Source of the DNA: Dehalococcoidia bacterium
Lineage (GTDB): Bacteria > Chloroflexota > Dehalococcoidia > Lucifugimonadales > UBA3495
NCBI GenBank assembly: GCA_965219925.1
Contig: OZ244795.1
Coordinates: 199,395-263,394 of the forward strand
Direction: 5' to 3'
Length of the DNA: 64,000 bases
A model generated the notes under the pieces. The model was not told where the DNA came from and searched no databases. It was given only the letters and a program-made list of their open reading frames with translations. Made by a program: the position numbers and the translations under genes. Position 1 is the first letter of the stretch. Every line of letters begins with the position of its first letter. Of this stretch, positions 8,177-17,200 are shown in pieces.

Positions 8177-9622
8177 CTACCGCCGTTGAAATTCGAGCAG
8201 TTGCCTATGGCGGGCTACACGTAAGCCACAGAACCTGAGCAGTACATGTTCCAAATAAAATTGACTGAGGTCATGCAGGTGCACGTAATGTGCTCGGTCG
8301 CCGTCCACGTATTGAAGGTGACCTGGCTTGATTACCGGGTTCTTGTCGAGTGGATGGGCGACATAATTCCTTACGTCAACGAGGAGACGGGCTCCGTTGT
8401 CGTCGGGGATGTTCAAATCTGAGCACAGCTTCTGCGTGACGGGGTTGGTGGCTGCGTCCAGATGGCGGTGCAGAATTTTGTAACATCGCAAGACCTTGTC
8501 GAAATCTTCTCTCGCCGTGTTGCGAATGGTTCGTCCCAGCACTAGGCCGGCGATAATCTCCAACCCCCCACAACTTTTCGCCACAGCGTCGCGCAAGATT
8601 CCGGCGCGTCTCATGGCCTGGCTGCTTACGTAGGCGTCTATGACGGCGATCAACTCATCTTTGTTGGACTGCCACCTGCGCCAGAATCTTGGAAAGAATA
8701 GTTCGAGGGTATTCCCCCATCGTTCGTCCCTGTCGTGGTGAAACCAATTCAATGGGTTTTGCCGACGAGCTCCAAACTCACCGGGCTCTCCGTAGGCAAC
8801 TCTGCCCGCTGCGTCGTATCCGATGATTACGCTGGGAAAGCAGTACTGGACCATAGTGAACGCAAAGAAGTAACGTAGTCCTTCGAGCACCTCCCTGAGC
8901 TCGTCAACCCCGAAATCTGTGCCGTCCGGCTTTTCCACGACTCCTGTATGACTGACGGCATCATCCTCTGAGTGTTCATCTTTCGTGAGAGTGATTCTCC
9001 AGCCGTTCCCAGTATCCAAGATGATATTGTGGCTGACGGGAGATAAAGCAAATTGAGCGCTGTCGCCCAATCTGTCCGCTGTGATTTGTAGCGGTTGACT
9101 CTCGTCGCTAACGACACGCCCGATTGAAGACCATAGCTTTTCTGGCGTTCTGAAATCGGCAAAACTCGATATGGAGAACTCGGCTTTTCGCAGCGGTGAG
9201 TCGCGTAACGCCGTTTGGCTGGCATGCAAAACCAGTACGCCCCTGTTTCCGTGGTCGGCATACAGAACTCTGGCGTCGAGTGTGAGGTTGGCCCTGGGTG
9301 CTATTGGGAGCCGGGATGGTTTTAGCTCCAATTTCACATCGGCGCGCTTTTGCCATGCTTCTTCGAGCAACGGATGAGTGCCGGCCAACTCGGTGCTAGT
9401 GAGTTCGATGTATGGCGTGCCGTCCGGACCCACTTGCGGTTCTGGATGATATGCCGAAGCGTTAAAGTATTCGAACCTCAGATAGCCTTGGGGAGCGATT
9501 TTAGGGACGACGATTAGATCGAGGGATGTATCCCGGTATTTCAGGGTTGCATGAACTGGCACGTCCAGTTCGGCATTGATAATCCGGTCAAAAAATCTGG
9601 TTTCCAGCTTGTTCAGGTTCAT
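8177..9622 (-). CDS. HEPN-domain protein, ApeA-like (481 aa)
   Basis: C-terminal VDVRNYVAHP gives an Rx4H HEPN motif (nt 8354-8371). Size and layout (large N-terminal domain plus C-terminal HEPN) resemble the single-gene defence protein ApeA. The start is placed at MNLNKLETRFF (ATG 9622) because the upstream 165 codons of ORF 8177..10117 are Arg-rich and are antisense to a plus-strand pseudogene. Confidence 0.45.
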   Translation of the reverse strand: MNLNKLETRFFDRIINAELDVPVHATLKYRDTSLDLIVVPKIAPQGYLRFEYFNASAYHPEPQVGPDGTPYIELTSTELAGTHPLLEEAWQKRADVKLELKPSRLPIAPRANLTLDARVLYADHGNRGVLVLHASQTALRDSPLRKAEFSISSFADFRTPEKLWSSIGRVVSDESQPLQITADRLGDSAQFALSPVSHNIILDTGNGWRITLTKDEHSEDDAVSHTGVVEKPDGTDFGVDELREVLEGLRYFFAFTMVQYCFPSVIIGYDAAGRVAYGEPGEFGARRQNPLNWFHHDRDERWGNTLELFFPRFWRRWQSNKDELIAVIDAYVSSQAMRRAGILRDAVAKSCGGLEIIAGLVLGRTIRNTAREDFDKVLRCYKILHRHLDAATNPVTQKLCSDLNIPDDNGARLLVDVRNYVAHPLDKNPVIKPGHLQYVDGDRAHYVHLHDLSQFYLEHVLLRFCGLRVARHRQLLEFQRR

Positions 9623-9816
9623 CGTTGTTATCACTGTCTGGTGCTCTGCGCTGGTGGATGGCCGCGATGACAAATTCGCGCCCGGCACTTCCAGTGACGG
9701 ATGTACCATGCTTTCAACCGCGCTCCCTTCTGGTCCACCCAAGTTACTCCGACGGGCCGATCCGTACAACGGGTGTCCATGGCGGCGACATGATGTACCA
9801 ATATGGCGTAGGAATG

Positions 9817-10031
9817 ATGCACGGTTATCTCCGGACTGTGTGGTCGCGCTCGGTGCCGTTGGATTACTGGCTCTTCTGGCCCTGTTTGTCCCTGTTACCC
9901 GAATCTTCAACCTGCTCACCGCGGGTGTTCTACCGTAGGCTCGGGTGTTGACCGCTATGATGACGGTGCCGTTCATGGTGGGCGCGGCGTTGCTGATCAT
10001 TTGTAAACGGCGGTGGGGTTGTCGGCGGTGA
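9817..10031 (+). pseudogene. decayed paralog of the small membrane protein gene 42641..42883
   Basis: MHGYLRTV / (frameshift) VVALGAVGLLALLALFVPVTRIFNLLTAGVLP / TAG / ARVLTAMMTVPFMVGAALL aligns with MNAYRWTVRVALGGVTLLVLWGVFVAVARIFDLVIAGVYPEAWVLTAMMTAPFTIG. It carries one frameshift and one in-frame stop. Confidence 0.7.
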
Positions 10032-10084
10032 ACAAGCCCACTCCTTGGGCGTTGCTGGAATCGTTGCCTCCAAGCTCCTGCTGG

Positions 10085-10330
10085 TCGTATTCTCTTCGCT
10101 TCGCCTGACGCTCTCACAGCGTCGGTGCTGTGTGTTGCGGCGAGTCCGTGCCCTTCCTGGTCGGGTTACTCCCCTGCCGCGGGTCTTCGTCGGCGTGGCG
10201 GCCAGTCGTTGAGTTCCGCCCGAGCCTGGTTTGCCCAGGCAAAGATCCCGATTGTCGCCCCACCGACTACCAGGATGATCGCCAACACGGCCCACCTGTT
10301 GAATGTCCCCATTAATGCTTTCAACAGTTT
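10085..10330 (-). pseudogene. decayed remnant related to the 3' part of 7560..8015
   Basis: DNA 10085-10220 aligns (~65-70% by eye) with 7561-7700, including CTCTCACAGCGTCG(C/G)TGCTGTGTG. TQHRRCESVRRSEEN matches TQQRRCERIDRNEGE. Confidence 0.35.
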
Positions 10331-10472
10331 TCACTCCTTCTGCTCCGATGCGCGTATCACCCCATGTAATGCCGGTGGGGAGAACCGGCAAGTTCCCAGT
10401 TGGAATTTACGCACCAGTTGCGTCCTTGGTACTGCAGCGCACCATGCGCCTTTGCCCCTCTGGACGCGCGTT

Positions 10473-10997
10473 TTAGCGCTTGGCGCAGACCCTCCACAGC
10501 GCAGCATTTTGCCTTGAGATGAAGTGCCGGCGGTCCAACGATGACCGTCCATGGCTGAGGGTCCAAAGCGGGTGGGCCAGTGCCTGCGCCAGGGGCGTCT
10601 CACGCACGAAGATCCCGCCGGTGTCAAGGATACGGGCAATTTCCTGAAGAACCGCGTCAGTGTCCGCCACCTGGTAGCAGGTACCGAAATCGACAACCAC
10701 GTCAAACGATCCGTCGATGAACGGCATCCGTTGGGCGTCGGCATGGACCAGACAAGCGGTGACCCGCATTTCCCTCAGCAGTCCAGCCGCTTGGGACAGG
10801 GCATCCGTCGATATATCAATCCCGGTTAGGCTGACGGGTTTGCAGTGTCTTGCCAAGGCCGGCAACGCCGCGCCGCTTCCGCATCCGATTTGCAGCACAC
10901 GTTTGCCCGTAGGCAACGACAAAAGCTGCGTCATGGCCGGGACCTCCAGGAAACTATGCACCCCGTCCCGCCAAGAAAGTTTCATCCTAGAAACCAT
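10473..10997 (-). CDS. class I SAM-dependent methyltransferase
   Basis: VLQIGCGSGAAL (motif I), TGIDIS, DGSFDVVVDFG. The start is taken at MVSRMKLS (10997; alternative 10985). Confidence 0.75.
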   Translation of the reverse strand: MVSRMKLSWRDGVHSFLEVPAMTQLLSLPTGKRVLQIGCGSGAALPALARHCKPVSLTGIDISTDALSQAAGLLREMRVTACLVHADAQRMPFIDGSFDVVVDFGTCYQVADTDAVLQEIARILDTGGIFVRETPLAQALAHPLWTLSHGRSSLDRRHFISRQNAALWRVCAKR

Positions 10998-11298
10998 CGC
11001 CGGCACTCTCGGGGTACAGCTGCCTGAAAAGCTCCTCAGCGATATCGGTCCACAAGGGCATGTCACGAGCATCAAATCTAGTCTTCTGGGCATTTCTGCT
11101 GAATCCACTACCGACCATGACGGAAGCCCTTGAGATGGGACGGATACTCAAGGCATCACGTACTTTGTTGACGTGGCTCTGGTCAGGAATGGGTGGTGTA
11201 TTATCCGGCAATTTAGGTTCCTTGAGTCCTATAGGCCTACTAGGACGCTCGGCTGAAGTATAATTATAATAGTCCAATGGGACAGAGGACTGCGCCAA
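10987..11298 (-). pseudogene. possible SIR2-like N-terminal fragment (103 aa ORF)
   Basis: SVMVGSGFSRNA..PLWTDIAEELFRQLYPE resembles the GAGxS..P.W..L opening of SIR2_2-type defence proteins. The ORF stops after ~100 aa, overlapping the methyltransferase start. Confidence 0.3.
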
Positions 11299-11335
11299 GT
11301 GTTACGTTCGCGTGTCCCTCGGCATTCCTCCCTTG

Positions 11336-13723
11336 TCATGATTCCTCCTGCTCCAACCTCTCCCCCATGGGCATCCGGTAGCCGACGCGAAGCTCGGTGA
11401 AGATGTACGTGGGGCTGCTTGCGTCGTCGCCCAGCTTGCGGCGGAGGTTCTTTACGGCGGTGCGCACCGGCCGCGAGTCGCCGGAGCTCCCCAGGCCCCA
11501 GACCCGTTGCAGCAGATGGTCATGGGTCAATACCAGACCGGCGTGGACCGATAGCTCGACCAGCAGCGAGTGCTCGATGGCGGTCAACCGGACCGGACGA
11601 CCGGCAACGCTCACCCTGCGTTCGGCGTAGTCGATGGTCAACTCGCCCAGCACATAGGGTTCCGTGGGTTCGGGCCGGGCGGTGGCCTCCCGCCGGCGCA
11701 GGGCCGCCCTGATCCTCGCCGCCAGCTCCGTGGGCGAGAAGGGCTTGACCACGTAATCGGCGGCCCCGGTGTCGAAGGCCCGGGCGATGACGTCGTCCTG
11801 GCCGTACACCGACAGGAAGATGACCGGCAGGTCGGCAATTTCGAAAATGCCTTTCATCAGCTCGATCCCGTCAGTCCCCGGCAGCATCAGGTCCAACAAG
11901 ACCAGGTGGGGCTTTTCCGCCTCTATGAGGCGGTACACCTCCTCCGAGTCGGCGGTCACAATCGGTGCATAGCCCAACTTGGAGAGGGCGTCGCGGACGT
12001 GCCTGAGCGCCTGCGGGTCGTCGTCCACGACGAGAATGCGCTGCTGTCCACGCTCCGACCGCCGCGAGGGGGCGGAGCGCCGGGCGGGTGCGGCTGCCGC
12101 ATCAGTCCCGGCTTCCATGACCACCGGAATCGTGAAGGTGAACCGCGCCCCCAGACCTTCTCCGTCGCTCTCGGCCCAGATGCGGCCCCCGTGGGCCTCC
12201 ACGATCCCCTTGCAGATGGCCAGGCCCAGGCCCGAACCCCCCAGACCGCGCCCCTGGTCCTCGTCGCCGGTCCGGGAGAACTTCCGGAACAGGTGGGGCA
12301 GGCGCTCGGCCGACACGCCCCGGCCCTCGTCTATGACGGAGACCGCGACGTGGAAGTCCTCCCGCACCGCGGTCACCCGGATGGAGGACGACTCGGGCGA
12401 GTGCCCGGCGGCGTTGGAGAGGAGGTTGCCCAGGACCTGGACGATGCGCCGCCGGTCCGCCATGACCCAGGGCAGGTCCGGCGGCAGGTCGATGCGGAGC
12501 TGGTTCCCGCCCCCTGCGTTCAGGAAGGCGTTCCTGGCCTCGTCCACCAGGACAGCCAGCTCCGCCGGTCCGGGAGCGACCGGCAGCGTGCCCGTCTCGA
12601 TCCGCGCCACGTCCAGCAGGTCGCTGATCAGGCCCCGCATCCGGCTGGCCTCCCGTTCGATGATCCGGTGGAACTGGCGCATCTCGGCGGGGTCCAGGTC
12701 GGGCTCGTCGTCCAGCAGGGTGGCTGCGGAGCCCCGTATGGAGGCCAGCGGCGTTTGCAGCTCGTGGCTGACCATGCCCAGGAACTCGGCCCGCAGCCGT
12801 TCCAGGTCCTCCAGGGGCGTCATGTCCTGTAGGGTCACGACCACGGACTGGACCTGACCCTCCTCCGAGTAGATGGGCGTGGCGTTGACCAGGGTGGTGA
12901 CGCTCCGCCCGTCGGGGATTTGAATGACGATCTCCTCGGCGCGCACCGTCTCACCGGCGCTGAGCGCCTGCGCCAGGGGGAACTCCTCCAGGGAAATCTC
13001 CCGCCCGTCGGCGCGCCGGAAGGTCAGCACGCCCAGGAGCTGCTCCAGAGGGCGGCCCGGCGTATGCAGGTCGTTGAAGATCCTTCTCGCCTCCCGGTTC
13101 AGCGACGCCAGGGCCCCGGTGGTGGCGTCGAACACCAGGACGCCCACCGGCGAGGTGTTGATCAGGGCCTCCAGGTCGGCCCTGGCCCGCTGTTCGTCCC
13201 GGTGCCGGCGGGCGTTGACCACGACCAGCGTCGCCTGGGAGGCGAACATCACCAACGTCTCCTCATCTTCCCGGGTGAACTCCCGGCCGCCTTCCTTCTC
13301 GGCCACGTAGAGATTGCCGACGTGCTCGCCCCGGTGACGCATCGGCGCTCCCAGCAGGGTCTTGATCGGCAGGTCGGGAAAGCCCAGCGACCGCATTTGG
13401 CTGGCGACGTCCCCGAATCTCAGGGAGCCCTGAATCGAGCTGAAGTACTCGAAGAGCGCCGGACCCTCCGGCAGGTCCAACATCCGCTGCTGCTCTTCGG
13501 GAGGCATACCGGAGGTGATGAACTCCAGCAGCTGGCCCGATTCGTCGAAGGTCGTAATCCCGCCGAAGCGGGCGTCGGTCAACGACCGGGCGCTGTCCAT
13601 GACCTCTTGCAGCACCGTGTCCGGGTCCAGGCTCTCACTGACGCGGAGGCTGGCCTCGCTCAACCGGGTCAGGCGCTCCCTTAGCGCCTCCATCTCCCGC
13701 CGGTGCTCGTCGGCTTCCTGCAT
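11336..13723 (-). CDS. fused cytoplasmic sensor kinase-response regulator: GAF-PAS-HisKA-HATPase-REC-OmpR/PhoB winged helix
   Basis: H-box SHELQTPLASIRG; G-boxes GRGLGGSGLGLAICKGIV; REC ILVVDDD..HLVLLDLMLPGTDG..KPF; C-terminal LTAIEHSLLVEL..VRTAVKNLRRKL..LRVGYRM. There is no TM segment. The start MQEADEH (ATG 13723) is preceded by GGAGGG, and the duplicated remnant at 19987-20049 supports it. Confidence 0.9.
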   Translation of the reverse strand: MQEADEHRREMEALRERLTRLSEASLRVSESLDPDTVLQEVMDSARSLTDARFGGITTFDESGQLLEFITSGMPPEEQQRMLDLPEGPALFEYFSSIQGSLRFGDVASQMRSLGFPDLPIKTLLGAPMRHRGEHVGNLYVAEKEGGREFTREDEETLVMFASQATLVVVNARRHRDEQRARADLEALINTSPVGVLVFDATTGALASLNREARRIFNDLHTPGRPLEQLLGVLTFRRADGREISLEEFPLAQALSAGETVRAEEIVIQIPDGRSVTTLVNATPIYSEEGQVQSVVVTLQDMTPLEDLERLRAEFLGMVSHELQTPLASIRGSAATLLDDEPDLDPAEMRQFHRIIEREASRMRGLISDLLDVARIETGTLPVAPGPAELAVLVDEARNAFLNAGGGNQLRIDLPPDLPWVMADRRRIVQVLGNLLSNAAGHSPESSSIRVTAVREDFHVAVSVIDEGRGVSAERLPHLFRKFSRTGDEDQGRGLGGSGLGLAICKGIVEAHGGRIWAESDGEGLGARFTFTIPVVMEAGTDAAAAPARRSAPSRRSERGQQRILVVDDDPQALRHVRDALSKLGYAPIVTADSEEVYRLIEAEKPHLVLLDLMLPGTDGIELMKGIFEIADLPVIFLSVYGQDDVIARAFDTGAADYVVKPFSPTELAARIRAALRRREATARPEPTEPYVLGELTIDYAERRVSVAGRPVRLTAIEHSLLVELSVHAGLVLTHDHLLQRVWGLGSSGDSRPVRTAVKNLRRKLGDDASSPTYIFTELRVGYRMPMGERLEQEES

Positions 13724-14026
13724 CTTCCCTCCCTGACCCGGACTGTGGACGCCACCCGGCTCCACGTCGTCAGGCGCCCGGCTGGATGCGGAGATCGGGC
13801 TTCGAGACGCCCTCGGGCAGCCGGTGTCAATTGTACCGGATCGGGCAAATACTCACAATAACATCACGGTAATAAGGGCTGATAATCACGTTGTACTCAC
13901 ATGAGTGGTTTACAATACTCACCGGGCCATAGCACAGTCCGCTTGGCCTGTATCTGCCCGTTAGAGGGGTTGTATTGGTCTGCCTTCCGCATAGGATACA
14001 AGTTGCAGTAGCGTCGGAGAGCGCAC
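13668..14026 (+). repeat. duplicated divergent-promoter module, copy 1 (includes the first 18 codons of the kinase gene)
   Basis: Aligns along its length with 19993..20344. Identity is highest over the kinase 5' end, the TCAC boxes, the -10 element and a ~100-nt leader. Confidence 0.85.
13851..13916 (+). promoter_or_regulatory. four phased TCAC direct repeats plus TACAAT -10 (Pho-box-like activator-dependent promoter)
   Basis: TCAC at 13853, 13864, 13886 and 13897 (spacing 11/22/11). TACAAT at 13911-13916 lies 10 bp after the last box. There is no convincing -35. Confidence 0.55.
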
Positions 14027-14282
14027 CGGCGGTATCCGCCGCCGTGAGGACGCGCCTCGACGAACGCAATCCTTCTACCCCCCGACGAATATCGTCACCG
14101 GATAGTCCCCCAGCCCCGGCTGTCCCCTTCCTTCGCACCGCCCACCTCCCCCGTAGTTCCGCTTGCCCGGAGCTCCCGTTCCTGAACGCGTACGGGCAGA
14201 CCGGGCGGTATCCCTTTGCCTTCCGGGCAACGTCCCTGCCCGCCGTCCAGACTTTGCAACTGCCTGAAGTGAGGTTAGCATC

Positions 14283-17200
14283 GTGAAACGCCAACTGTCC
14301 TTTGCCGTTCTTGCCGCCCTGGGAGCCTTCGCGCTCTTCGTTTTCGCCGGCGTCCCATTGCCCTACCAGGCCCAGGCCCAAGCGTCGCCGTCGGTGGCGG
14401 TCAGCCTCTCCTCCGACACCGTGGAGGAGGGATCGGCCATCGCCGTCACCATGAGCTTCAGCGGCCTGGAGTCCGACGCCGACACCGCAACCAAGGACTA
14501 CGTCTTCCGGGCCGACGTGGTGGACTCGGAGGACGGGGACGCCAACGGGTGCGAGGACCAGGCCGGAGGCTACGGCCTGGGCGTGGACCGCTACATGTGG
14601 CAGGTGGACGAAGACCCGGAAGTCCGCACCGGGAGCGTCTCCGCCGACTGCCCGGCCGGGGACTACACCCTTCGGGCCAGCATAGCGTCGCCGGAGAATG
14701 TGGAGCTGGCCTCGGCGAGAGCAAGCTTTACGGTGGCGGCGCCAGCCCCGGAACCTACGCCTGAGCCCACGCCAGAACCCACGCCGGAGCCTACGCCGGA
14801 GCCGACACCGGAACCCACGCCTGAGCCCACGCCGGACCAGGAAGACCCCGACCCGTCGGTGGCCCTGATCCTCTCCCCGGACGGCTTCGCGCCGTGGAAC
14901 ACCGAAATCAGCGTCACCATGCTCTTCGGCGCTCTGAAGGCCGACTCCGACCGGGACACCACCGACTACGTATTCCGGGCCGACGTGAAGGACTCGTGGA
15001 ACCGGGACGCCGACGCCTGCGAGGGCGGCGGCCTGGGCATCGACCGCTACATGTACCAGGTGGACCAGGACCCGGAGACCCGCAGCGGGACCATCGCCGC
15101 CGGCTGCCCCATCGGCGGCTACACCATCGAGGCCAGCATCGCCACCGAGGCCGGTGGCGTGGTGGCCTCCGCCAGCGCCGAGTTCTCGATATTCGGGCCC
15201 AGCATCGGCCTGGCCATTCCTGTCGCCGAGCAGGGGGCCGGGGGTGTCCTGACCCTGAGCTTCGGGTTTCTGGCCCCGGACGCCGACGCCGACACCACCG
15301 ACTACATCTTCCGGGCCGACGTGGTGAACGCCGACGCCTGCGAGGGCGACGGCCTGGGGGTGGACCGCCACATCCACCAGGTGGACGAGGACCCGGAGAC
15401 CCACACCGGGACCATCTCCGCCGACTGCCCGGCGGGCGACTACACCCTGGAAGCGAGCATATCGTCGCCCGACGGAGTGGAGCTGGCCTCGGCGAGCGCG
15501 AGCTTCACCATCGCGCCGCCGGTAGAAGACGACGACGACCCGCCCGTGTCCAGGCAGCAGCAGGCCATGCCGCAGGATTTCTTCCTGGACTCCGACAATA
15601 GCAGCCCGGGGGGCATCTGGTCCGACGGCACGACGATGTGGGTGACTGACTCGGACGAGAACAACAAGCTCTACGCCTACGCCCTGGCCGACGGGACGCG
15701 CCAGGACGGCACCGGCAGCACGACCAATAGGGAGTTCGCCCTGCACGCCGACAACGGCTATCCCACAGGCATCTGGTCCGACGGCACGACGATGTGGGTG
15801 ACGGACGGTAGCGACTACAAGCTCTACGCCTACGCCCTGGCCGACGGGACGCGCCAGGACGGCACCGACGGCACCACCAGCAAGGAGTTCGCCCTGCACA
15901 GCGACAACGGCAATCCCCTGGGCATCTGGTCCAACGGCTCCACCATCTGGGTGGCCGACTATGGCGACGACAAGCTCTACGCCTACGCCCTGGCCGACGG
16001 GACACGCCAGGACGGCACCGGCGGCACCACCAGCAAGGAGTTCGCCCTGCACGCCGACAACGGCATTCCCACAGGCATCTGGTCGGACGGGGCGACGATC
16101 TGGGTGGCCGACAGCGACGACGTCAAGCTCTACGCCTACGCCCTGGCCGACGGGATACGCCAGGACGGGGGCGGCGGCACAGCCAACCGGGAGTTCGCCC
16201 TGCACAGCGACAATAGCGCCGCCTTCAGCATCTGGTCCGACGGCACCACGATGTGGGTGAACGAAATCTCTGACGGCAAGGTCTACACCTACGCCATGCC
16301 GACTCCGGTGCTGACCGGGCTGACCGTCAGCCCGGGGACCCTGGATCCCGCCTTCAACAGCGACACCCTGGAGTACGCCGTCTCCGACGTGCCCCACGCC
16401 AGCGGCCGGATCACCGTCACGGCCACCGCGGAGAGCGGGGCCGACGTCTCCTATGAGGACGGCTCCGGCAACACGCTCACCGACGTTGACTCCGGCACAA
16501 CCGGCGACCAGTTCGACCTGGTCGTGGGCGAGAACGTCATCGAGGTCAAGGTGACCAAAGGCAGCCTCAGCCGGACCTACGCGCTGGCGGTCAGCCGCGA
16601 GGCCGCCGTGCCGACGAGTTTCGACCTGCACCCCGACAATAGCAACGCCAGGGGCATCTGGTCCGACGGCACCACGATGTGGGTGGCGGACTCCGCATAT
16701 TTTGAGGGCCGCCCTTATTCTGAGGAACGTGCCAGCAAACTCTACGCCTACGCGCTGGCCGACGGGACGCGCCAGGACGGGACCGGCGGCACCGTCAACA
16801 AGGAGTTCGACCTGGACAGCAACAGCATCTATCCCATCGGCATCTGGTCCGACTATAGAACGATGTGGGTGGGGGACTACTACGGCGGCCGGGTCTATGC
16901 CTACGCGCTGGGCGACGGAACCCGCCAGGACGGCATCGCCAACGAGGACAAGGACAAGGAGATAGACCCGGGACCTCACGCCGACAACGGCGCTGTCTCG
17001 GGCATCTGGTCCAACGGCGTGACGATGTGGGTGGCCGACCCCGACGACGACAAGATCTACGCCTACTCGTTGGCCGACGGAAGGCGCCAGGACGGAGCCC
17101 CCCACGCCTACGTTATCGACGGCATTCGCTACCGGTTCGACGGGAGGCTCTATGACGAGAATGCCGTCAACGAGGAGTTCGACCTGCACCGTGACAACGC

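Noticed and set aside
8177-10117. Full 646-aa reading of the HEPN-protein ORF
   Set aside because: The first 165 codons are Arg/Pro-rich and are the antisense of the plus-strand membrane-protein pseudogene (9817-10031). The start was moved to ATG 9622; ATG 9709 remains possible.
11570-12857. 420-aa and 292-aa plus-strand ORFs
   Set aside because: They are antisense to the kinase-regulator gene, whose H-box, G-box, REC and wHTH motifs are unambiguous.
13975-14286. 103-aa upstream ORF whose stop overlaps the GTG start of the giant gene (GTGA)
   Set aside because: Only its first ~15 codons are conserved with the second locus, where they lie in the shared leader. The rest is Pro/Arg/Ser-rich with no coding character. 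The conservation is better explained at the RNA or DNA level.
14745-14835. Imperfect 12-bp tandem repeat (CCGGAGCCCACG-like), also at 20745-20815
   Set aside because: These are in-frame (PEPT)n Pro/Glu/Thr linkers inside the giant proteins, not independent microsatellites or regulatory repeats.
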